Part shown: positions 40,873-48,368 of the stretch, piece by piece
How the letters are laid out: each line of letters starts with the position of its first letter
How positions within the stretch are numbered: position 1 is the stretch's first letter
From: a virus
Virus record (IMG/VR): IMGVR_UViG_3300036985_006427
Location: 32,001 to 96,000 of that record
DNA length: 64,000 nt
Strand: one strand, 5' to 3'
Notes under the pieces: generated by a model
What the model saw: the letters and a program-made list of their open reading frames with translations, nothing else
Database searches by the model: none
Told to the model about the DNA's origin: nothing
Program-made: the position numbers and the translations under genes

Positions 40873-41490
40873 TTATAGATAATTGTGTGTGATGTAATCA
40901 AGGTGATGTTTTCCGTGAAACCCAAAAGAGCTATCGATACTTCCGACCAACTCAGTAGAAAAGGTCTTAGCTACTTCTTCTGTGGCAAATTTACAATCTG
41001 CGTCCTCGTATACTGACCTATTGTGGCAGCAGATGAACACGTCCTCATTAAAGAAGCCATAATTCGACTTCCAAGGAATATCTTTCTCCTTCGCGAGCTT
41101 AAGCAGCTTTTTGCTCCTCAATGAGAAGCCACCGTTGCCAACTCGAATAAGAGTGTTATCTGGCGTTCTGTAAGAAATTGGATCATTGGGGATCGGCCAT
41201 ATCGCACCAATGTAATCGTAGTTCAAAAAATCATCACGCCATAGGGAAGGATTAATGATAAAGCCATCATCTTGTATGATCAGAGCATGAGAAGTATGTA
41301 TGTATTCTGCTAAGTCATAGACTATGAAACGATTATATTCTTCATAAGTTCTATTCTCATCTAAGAATATTGCTGAGTCAAAACTGCACAACTCATTCAT
41401 CTTGTCAAAGATGACTCTAGCTTTAACCTGATTCACTCCGGCTACACAGACTAATGAAGCCGGAATCTTGATTTTTTGTGCTGTTTTCAT
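40873..41490 (-). CDS. DUF5672-like GT-A glycosyltransferase
   Basis: ALIIQDDG..YDYIGAIW..VGNGGFSLRSK..NEDVFIC..SFGFHG motifs. Confidence 0.8.
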   Translation of the reverse strand: MKTAQKIKIPASLVCVAGVNQVKARVIFDKMNELCSFDSAIFLDENRTYEEYNRFIVYDLAEYIHTSHALIIQDDGFIINPSLWRDDFLNYDYIGAIWPIPNDPISYRTPDNTLIRVGNGGFSLRSKKLLKLAKEKDIPWKSNYGFFNEDVFICCHNRSVYEDADCKFATEEVAKTFSTELVGSIDSSFGFHGKHHLDYITHNYL

Positions 41491-41533
41491 ACTGTCTCTT
41501 TCCGGATAGTAATTTCATGTTGTAATTCAAAAT

Positions 41534-41544
41534 ATAATACACTT
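41534..41544 (-). promoter_or_regulatory. Putative late promoter AAGTGTATTAT
   Basis: Motif ~44 nt upstream of the glycosyltransferase ATG. Confidence 0.55.
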
Positions 41545-41566
41545 TTTATCTAAAATAGACTCTCAA

Positions 41567-42004
41567 TTACTCTGGGGGAGTTTCTGCTGGAGGAACTGCC
41601 CACTCCGTAGTAAGTTCGCTCAGAGTTAATCCAGATGGTTCAATAGTATAGTTGAATGCGGCCCATTTATAACGGTCTGCCAATACTCCCGGATAGGAAA
41701 TGTCGATAAACTCGACAAGACCGGCTGCTGCTGTAAGGATCTGGATAGCTGTGTCTCCCAACACATCCAAGATTGACTGCATCTCCGACACAGAATGGCG
41801 ACTACCGCCACTGACGAATGTGGTGACTTGCACCCCATCAACCTCATTTGTGGATTCTGATCCACTTACCCCCCAAAAATCCTCATAAGCAGCCTTGAAT
41901 TGCTCAAGAATGGTTACTTCAAGTTGATTGGAACGTAGCACCTTGTTGGTGGCATGTTCCTCAGCATTGTGTGAAAACGTTGGTGTTGGTACTTCGAACG
42001 GCAT
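41567..42004 (-). CDS. Hypothetical protein, possible fibre chaperone (145 aa)
   Basis: AGGAG RBS; acidic and helical; follows fibre genes. Confidence 0.55.
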   Translation of the reverse strand: MPFEVPTPTFSHNAEEHATNKVLRSNQLEVTILEQFKAAYEDFWGVSGSESTNEVDGVQVTTFVSGGSRHSVSEMQSILDVLGDTAIQILTAAAGLVEFIDISYPGVLADRYKWAAFNYTIEPSGLTLSELTTEWAVPPAETPPE

Positions 42005-42026
42005 AATCGACTCCTATTGAAAACTG

Positions 42027-43016
42027 TTAAAAAGAAGTTCCCATCATAAGGTTATTTAAATTCAGGTTGATTGGGGCGGAACTGCCTGTAAGCGTACCAG
42101 AGACAGTTGCAACTCCCGCACTACTCGCACTAATCTGAACGGAATTTTCTAGCAAGCCAGAGGCCGACGCAACTCCCGCAACCGATCCTGCTAAGGTTCC
42201 CGAACCTCTTACTGTTCCCGTAAGAGATGCAACACCGGCAGATGTGCCGACAAGTCTACCACTACCTTTTAGAACACCAACAGTTGATGCAGTACCAGAA
42301 GAATAGTTTCGTGCCGGTCGCAGAGCAATCGTAGTCGTCACCCAAGTTCCAGTGTTTGTGGATGTCGAGCCGCCGAATATAGCGGGGTTATAATTCCCAG
42401 AGGTCCATGTTGTTAGTAGGGCTGTTCCCGCATTTGCGTCGGACGTTGTTGTCGTGATGGTGACGCTGCGAAAATGGTTAGTTGTCGCTGACATCCCAGC
42501 AGGATTTGTGAACACCGCTCCAGCCGCAACACCAGCAGCCCCACATGCTAGAATCCACGAACCAGCAGTGACTGGCGTAATCGCAGCAGCATTAGCCAAA
42601 CCTGAATTGACGCCTCCTGCGGTCGTCGGTGTGACGTCCGATGGAGTGGTCGTATCTACCCCACGAAACGCATGAATTACAACAGCAACACCAGCCGTCG
42701 TAGCATTGCTCGCTGGGATTGAAACCGTTGCGTCCGGTGTCACGCCCATGAACTTATACGAGACTAATTGATTCGCATTGTTGTCGTCGTCTCGATACAG
42801 GTCTGTTGCAGTAAACGCCGTGTACCCGGTTGGCGTCATTTGCGCGTTTGTGCGGTTGACGTTGTCGGTTGATATCACATAGTTTACAACAATGATGTCG
42901 TGCTGCAACAGGGTTGCAGACGCTCCGGCTGCATCAAGTAAGTCCGTGAGGGAGCAAGACTGTTCAGTCGTAGCATTATGTATGAATGTCTTGCTTCCAA
43001 CGAACGTGATTGCCAT
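42027..43016 (-). CDS. Ala/Thr/Gly-rich appendage protein (329 aa)
   Basis: MAITFVG start, beta-sandwich-like body, C-terminal SAGVAS.xG repeats; higher GC. Confidence 0.6.
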   Translation of the reverse strand: MAITFVGSKTFIHNATTEQSCSLTDLLDAAGASATLLQHDIIVVNYVISTDNVNRTNAQMTPTGYTAFTATDLYRDDDNNANQLVSYKFMGVTPDATVSIPASNATTAGVAVVIHAFRGVDTTTPSDVTPTTAGGVNSGLANAAAITPVTAGSWILACGAAGVAAGAVFTNPAGMSATTNHFRSVTITTTTSDANAGTALLTTWTSGNYNPAIFGGSTSTNTGTWVTTTIALRPARNYSSGTASTVGVLKGSGRLVGTSAGVASLTGTVRGSGTLAGSVAGVASASGLLENSVQISASSAGVATVSGTLTGSSAPINLNLNNLMMGTSF

Positions 43017-43019
43017 AGA

Positions 43020-43460
43020 TTAGTCCTCAGAGATTGACAATTGTCCGATAGCAAACGCTGGCGTGATTCCGTTAGAGACTACAAGCGATGAAGACAGAGA
43101 ACCTTTGTAGAGCACCTTTCCTGTACCGCTGATGGCAGTGCCGACAGCAAAATGCGTAATCGTATTTGTTCCGCCCGTCGCTGCAGGAAAAGTAACGGCT
43201 CCAGCATTGGTCGCCGTGCCGGTCGTCACGGTCCACGTTGCACCAGATCTAGCGATTGCAACACGAGCATAGCTCGTATAAGTGGCTTCAGTGGTCGATT
43301 GGGTTCCTGTCTCACCAACGTCGGCTGTGTGAAGAGACACGTACAGTGATCCCGCTGTAGTTGAACCGCGTAGCCCAGTCGCGTCCCCAACCAACGCACA
43401 ATCGATGTTGTTCAGGATTAGCGACAACAAATCAGATTCGAATGTATTTCCTTTTGACAT
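43020..43460 (-). CDS. Virion appendage protein, paralogue of 52656-53144
   Basis: FESDLL..LYVSLHT..YAR..VTFPAATG..ITHFAVG..GKVLY..GITPAF. Confidence 0.65.
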   Translation of the reverse strand: MSKGNTFESDLLSLILNNIDCALVGDATGLRGSTTAGSLYVSLHTADVGETGTQSTTEATYTSYARVAIARSGATWTVTTGTATNAGAVTFPAATGGTNTITHFAVGTAISGTGKVLYKGSLSSSLVVSNGITPAFAIGQLSISED

Positions 43461-43472
43461 TATTTTTTACCC

Positions 43473-43590
43473 TTAGTAAATAGTGAAAGTATCACCGCCA
43501 GTCGGTGCTGTTGTGAATGCGTACCCTACTGCGACAGTAATTGTCGTCGTATCGATATTTGATCCTTGGAATTTAGTGAGTGTCTCTGTA
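43473..43590 (-). pseudogene. C-terminal remnant of a structural gene (..TTITVAVGYAFTTAPTGGDTFTIY*)
   Basis: Protein-like frame ending in TAA just before the 43460 start; no ATG or RBS, only a GTG inside the promoter motif. Confidence 0.5.
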
Positions 43591-43592
43591 AA

Positions 43593-43603
43593 TAAATACA
43601 CAA
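43593..43603 (-). promoter_or_regulatory. Putative late promoter TTGTGTATTTA
   Basis: Recurrent intergenic motif. Confidence 0.55.
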
Positions 43604-43620
43604 TTAGAACTCTTAATGCA

Positions 43621-45471
43621 TTATACTGCAACGTCCGTTGAAGCTAGATATATGACAGATCCATTGTATCTCCAAGATACTATACGCACAGAATCTATCG
43701 CGTCCGCCGCCCAATCGGGTTCAGCTCCCATCCATTTGATCGTTCCAGCAGAAACCGCCCATACGATATCTTTCGCAGCAGAAGCATGTTGTCTCACTAT
43801 TATACTTCCAGCGCTAGAACCTGTCGGAACAGTTAATGTAGCGGTGACAGTCCCTGTAGCAGATGTCAGAGCTAAGGTTTGATGATTGCCGCTGTCTAAA
43901 GTTATAGTCTGCGTTGTTCCAGATGGAGTGTTGGTTGTTTCGCTGTGACAGGCCAGCTTGTAGAATTTTGTTACTCCAGAAGACTCAATCTGAACACTTG
44001 TGGCAGAGATCGTAGATCCAATAGGTGTAGTAGCGAACTTAATTAAAGATCCGTGGCCTGTAGAGGTTATATCTTCAGCAGCGACGAATCCAATGTAGGC
44101 CCCAGCGAGAGTATGAAATGCTGATCCATTATGATAACCGTATGATCCGAAGACCCCAATTATATCTGCGCTAAGAGCTTGTGTGGGTGATCCACTTGTG
44201 CCCTGAGCTTTTCTAAATCTTACAGATGAAATACTCGCCCCGTATCTTTCGACGTGTATGTTTGCGTTGGTAACAGTTGTAGTGTTAGAACAGTTTAGTT
44301 CTTGGGCAAAAGTGGCGGCACCAGCATTCGTGAAACTCAGCCACGGTGCAATCGTTGTAGTACCTGCACTATACCCCCCAATCGTCAAGCCTCTCAGAGT
44401 GCCACCGGTACTACCGTTCTCTGGTCCGATTTCGAAGTTCGCAGAGGCTTTGCCTCGAACGTTGATTCGTTCGTAGCTCGTAGTAGATGTCCATGTGCCG
44501 TAGACTCCGAATGACTGAACATTCGCCGCATTTCTGAGTGCTAGTGTACCTGCAGCGTCTCTATATAAATATAAATCTTTAGTTCCGGCTGAGTCATCAC
44601 TACTTGTCCAAGCGATATTATTATTAGCATTAAGTGTAATTCCACTATCGCTAAACTGCAGTCTGCCTGTACTCTCTCCCAATACTCTAAATCCAACAGT
44701 ATAGTTAGTTGTCCATACAAGAGCCGCTCCGACATTTCCAACTAAGGAACTCGACCCAAATGTCAGTTTATTTGAGTTGAGTATTATTTCACCTCCAAAA
44801 TTACTCGTTCCACTCTCCACATTCAACACATAAGCACTCGTGATCGTAGCATTCGTGCCAGCCACCGGAGGTCCACTAATTGACAACGTACTCGCAGTAG
44901 TGATCGTACTCGCCCCAACAAATCCATAAGTCGGAGCCTGAATTCGCATCGCCCGCTGAGTGGTCAAAGCTCCTGTTGCGAACTGAACAGTTCGTGCTAG
45001 GTTGAAGTTAAGGTCTGTTGCTTCAGTGGACGCTGTAAGCGTAGTGTGGGCGGCACCAGTTAGAGTCAGTGCAGTAGGCGATCCATCAGTAGATACCGTT
45101 TGGCTTAAAACTATACCACTAGCATTGAGACTTGTGAAATTTCCACTAGAAGCATAAATATTTCTAAATTGTAAATTCTGATCGCCAATATCATAGGTGT
45201 TATTAGTCATTGGCATGACATTTCCATTGTCCGTAATCTTAATCTTGCCAATAGCCCCTGCTGTAGAAGAGGCTGTGGCGAAGACTAAAGATGTTGGATT
45301 AGAAGCAGACTGAAAAGACCCTTCTGCCTGAGCTATAACTCTAGCGCCAACAGAGATAGCTGAAAGACCATCGATTTCAGAGGAGGCGGCAAAACTAAGT
45401 TTTCCCACTTCATCGCCAGATGCAACTATCGTACTGTTGCTTTGTAGAGTTAAGCTTCTCATGATACTCAT
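43621..45471 (-). CDS. Mosaic fibre protein (616 aa)
   Basis: YDIGDQNLQFRNIY, LYRDAAGTLALRN and C-terminal WAVSAGTIKW..WRYNG fibre-type motifs. Confidence 0.7.
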   Translation of the reverse strand: MSIMRSLTLQSNSTIVASGDEVGKLSFAASSEIDGLSAISVGARVIAQAEGSFQSASNPTSLVFATASSTAGAIGKIKITDNGNVMPMTNNTYDIGDQNLQFRNIYASSGNFTSLNASGIVLSQTVSTDGSPTALTLTGAAHTTLTASTEATDLNFNLARTVQFATGALTTQRAMRIQAPTYGFVGASTITTASTLSISGPPVAGTNATITSAYVLNVESGTSNFGGEIILNSNKLTFGSSSLVGNVGAALVWTTNYTVGFRVLGESTGRLQFSDSGITLNANNNIAWTSSDDSAGTKDLYLYRDAAGTLALRNAANVQSFGVYGTWTSTTSYERINVRGKASANFEIGPENGSTGGTLRGLTIGGYSAGTTTIAPWLSFTNAGAATFAQELNCSNTTTVTNANIHVERYGASISSVRFRKAQGTSGSPTQALSADIIGVFGSYGYHNGSAFHTLAGAYIGFVAAEDITSTGHGSLIKFATTPIGSTISATSVQIESSGVTKFYKLACHSETTNTPSGTTQTITLDSGNHQTLALTSATGTVTATLTVPTGSSAGSIIVRQHASAAKDIVWAVSAGTIKWMGAEPDWAADAIDSVRIVSWRYNGSVIYLASTDVAV

Positions 45472-45487
45472 AAAACGTTATGTCCTA

Positions 45488-46957
45488 TTATAGAATGTGC
45501 CAGTTTGTTCCATCTGAAGCTACACTTAAAGATTCATACTGATGATACAACAAGACCGAAGTCGAACCGTCAATAGTTGCTGATCCTCCTCTTTCGACAG
45601 TAACCGTTCCTGCTGCGCTGTCAACTTTCTTCACATGCATAATCTTTCCTGTTGCAACCGCTGGCAGATTAACAGTGATACCACCCGCACCAGCCGTGCA
45701 AAGATTGATATCATTGCTCAGAATCACGTTTGTGCTAACAGCGGCTGCTGTTCTTGATCTTTTAACTTCAGCAACACCAGCGTCTTTAATTCTTAGAATA
45801 TCAGCATTAACTTCTACCGTAGAATTATCAACATTTAAACTAAGGACACCACTACCATCTGTAATGAGACCAGTACCAGCAAGGTAACTGCCAACATCAG
45901 AAATGGTGCTACGCTGCTCTGTCGCTCCGTCAAAGTCAAGCATAGCGAAGCTGTCACCGCTAGCAAGTGCCACAACAGAAAACTCGTTAAAGTCAATGCT
46001 CAACACTTGGCTAGCCATTGCCAAACCGTTACCAGCAACCCCAGCATTCAATGTACCGCTAACGGTATCTGTTGCGCTAACGGTAAAGCTAATAGCAGTT
46101 CCGCCTTTAAACATTAATGTATTTGAATCTAACATTGTTTCAGTCGTCGCACCATCGCTGATGCTAAAACTGCTCATAGATCCAAGTCCAGTAATAAAAG
46201 TCTCTCTATTTACCTTGGTTAGACCTGTAGTAGAAGCGTCGTACAGCAAGATAAAATCGTTTGTTCCATCAACAGCTCCAGTGAGTGTTGGCTGTGAACT
46301 GATAGCGGTTTTATCTAACGCTGTTGTCAAAGTGACATTGCTACCGCCGTTAAAATTCTCAGCAGATGCTAACGTCTGACCAGAAACAGTAAAAGTCCTT
46401 GTTGTTGCAAGGGTAGTTGCGGTTGTTGCTGTTGTTGCGGTACTTGCATTGCCCGCCAATTCACCGGAAACACCTTGAACTTTCAACCAACCGAGCTGGC
46501 CGGTAAATACGTTGGAGGTCATATTTCCTGTCGAGTACAGAGCAAAACCTTGAGTGTCATCGTCCCAGCCAAAGAAACCAGATCTTGCTGCACCATTATA
46601 ATAATTAAAAGCAATGCCGCGATCAAAATTATCATCAACAGTAGGAGAGCCACTCCCAAGAACAATAACTGGATCTTCAACAGTAACAGTTGTAGAGTTA
46701 ACGGTTGTTGTCGTGCCATTAACAGTAAGATTACCGGCAATACTCAGACTTTGAGTAAGGCTAACATTACCATTAGACGCAATTGAGATTGAATCAGAAT
46801 CATCCTGCGTGCCAATAAAGCCGCCATTTGGTAATCTTAAAGAATTATTTACAACGTCGTAAGTGAACGAAGAGACTGATTCGTAAAGTTTATCAGTAGC
46901 CGAGGTGCCAAAAAAAACTATACCACTAGGATTACGATCAAAGGGAGAAAATGACAT
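45488..46957 (-). CDS. Fibre protein (489 aa)
   Basis: GNLTVNGTTTTVNST..EDP..DRG, GNASTAT..L.T.R repeat; C-terminal LP..KK..TIDG..SDGTNW domain. Confidence 0.7.
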   Translation of the reverse strand: MSFSPFDRNPSGIVFFGTSATDKLYESVSSFTYDVVNNSLRLPNGGFIGTQDDSDSISIASNGNVSLTQSLSIAGNLTVNGTTTTVNSTTVTVEDPVIVLGSGSPTVDDNFDRGIAFNYYNGAARSGFFGWDDDTQGFALYSTGNMTSNVFTGQLGWLKVQGVSGELAGNASTATTATTATTLATTRTFTVSGQTLASAENFNGGSNVTLTTALDKTAISSQPTLTGAVDGTNDFILLYDASTTGLTKVNRETFITGLGSMSSFSISDGATTETMLDSNTLMFKGGTAISFTVSATDTVSGTLNAGVAGNGLAMASQVLSIDFNEFSVVALASGDSFAMLDFDGATEQRSTISDVGSYLAGTGLITDGSGVLSLNVDNSTVEVNADILRIKDAGVAEVKRSRTAAAVSTNVILSNDINLCTAGAGGITVNLPAVATGKIMHVKKVDSAAGTVTVERGGSATIDGSTSVLLYHQYESLSVASDGTNWHIL

Positions 46958-47001
46958 ATTAAAAACTCCAGCTAAAGTGTTTAAAAATAAATTATAAAAC
47001 T

Positions 47002-47012
47002 AATCTACACCA
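47002..47012 (-). promoter_or_regulatory. Degenerate late promoter-like motif TGGTGTAGATT
   Basis: Similar spacing (~45 nt) to the next ATG as the other copies. Confidence 0.35.
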
Positions 47013-47597
47013 TTAAATTAGAAACCAATTTGAATTATCTGATATTAAAGTATAGCTTTCGTGCCTAAAAAGAATTCCTAATCCACTTTGTCCGTCTATA
47101 GTTTGAGATCCGCTAGGTATAAGTATTCCTGAATTAGACCCAGACTTAAACTTTACAGTGAAATGTTTCCCTCCATTTTCCACTGCTGTCGGTAAATATA
47201 CTTTTACAGGATTATTAGTGGTATCTAAGAAAACAACATCAGAGTCATTTGATAAGCTAACATCTGAATTAATGTTAACAAAGTTTCTATAACCCGACAA
47301 TGTAGCCTTGCTTGCCGGAAGAGTGCAAAATACAATGGAAATTCCTTCAAGGTTTACTTTTGCTCCACCGGCAGAGCTGTTAAAAATAGTATCTCTAGAC
47401 AGAGAATTTGAAGAAGATGTATAAACACCCTTACCAACTTCCCACCTACTGTTGTTTTCTATAGCGTAATATGTTTCATTTCCATTGCCAATACCCTGAT
47501 TGAAGCTTTGAAAAGCTCCATAAGCACCATTTAAAGCTACGGAGCCGCTGCCGACAGTTGAAGATGTTTCTTTTACTCTATCCGATAAAATAAACAT
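47013..47597 (-). CDS. Short fibre protein (194 aa)
   Basis: N-terminal LSDRVKET domain shared with 34015-38706; C-terminal domain shared with 45488-46957. Confidence 0.7.
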   Translation of the reverse strand: MFILSDRVKETSSTVGSGSVALNGAYGAFQSFNQGIGNGNETYYAIENNSRWEVGKGVYTSSSNSLSRDTIFNSSAGGAKVNLEGISIVFCTLPASKATLSGYRNFVNINSDVSLSNDSDVVFLDTTNNPVKVYLPTAVENGGKHFTVKFKSGSNSGILIPSGSQTIDGQSGLGILFRHESYTLISDNSNWFLI

Positions 47598-47695
47598 TTT
47601 AAATCCCTAATAAACGTTTCTATCCGCAGCGTATTGGTGTACAATAATTTAGAAGTGAATTAACCGTAATATTAGTCGAATCTACCTAACTATCA

Positions 47696-48358
47696 CTAGA
47701 GACCGCATAGACTCCGTAAAGTCTGACTAGCCTCACCTGTGTTGCACGAAGTTTGAACAAAAGGGCATATAATGTCTTCGTTGCGATTCGAAATACTTGA
47801 TACTATGATTTTATGATCCGACCTAGCATCTTGCTTTAGTTTTTCCACAGTAGCTTCAACTTGGATTGCTGTCATACTGCCGGAATCATCAACAAAAATT
47901 GCAACCTCTCTGGAAGAATTGAAAGACTGTAATACATCTCCTCCGTAGTGATTTACTATTGTTTTTATTCTTTGCCAAGGGTCATTCTGATCTGCTGTAT
48001 AGGTATTACCATAATCCCTTTTCATATACTTAATTAATCCTCCATAAAATTTATTGTATTCTAGTTTTAGAGAAAAAGCTTTTGGCCAAGATATAAATGT
48101 TGAAGGATAAGACACAGACCCTTCGTAAAGGCCAGCTTGAACGTCTAAAACAAACAGCAATCTATCTGGATATGCTAGTCTCCATAAATACATTTTCTGG
48201 TTAAAAGAATTAGCACCAACATCTGATCTAGCAGTGTCATCAATAATCGCTACGCAAATAACTTTTTCGCAATCTGAAATTTGCGGTTCTTCCGAGCCTC
48301 CAGAACCTCCAGAACCTGCGTTTCCGCAACAAGGATTGCATTGATTTGGTCTTCCCAT
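47696..48358 (-). CDS. vWA-like protein with MIDAS motif and Cys-rich N-terminus (220 aa)
   Basis: VAIFVDDSGSM (DxSxS, 47876-47890); N-terminal QCNPCCG followed by a GSGGSGG linker. Confidence 0.65.
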   Translation of the reverse strand: MGRPNQCNPCCGNAGSGGSGGSEEPQISDCEKVICVAIIDDTARSDVGANSFNQKMYLWRLAYPDRLLFVLDVQAGLYEGSVSYPSTFISWPKAFSLKLEYNKFYGGLIKYMKRDYGNTYTADQNDPWQRIKTIVNHYGGDVLQSFNSSREVAIFVDDSGSMTAIQVEATVEKLKQDARSDHKIIVSSISNRNEDIICPFVQTSCNTGEASQTLRSLCGL

Positions 48359-48368
48359 GTTTGTTTCC

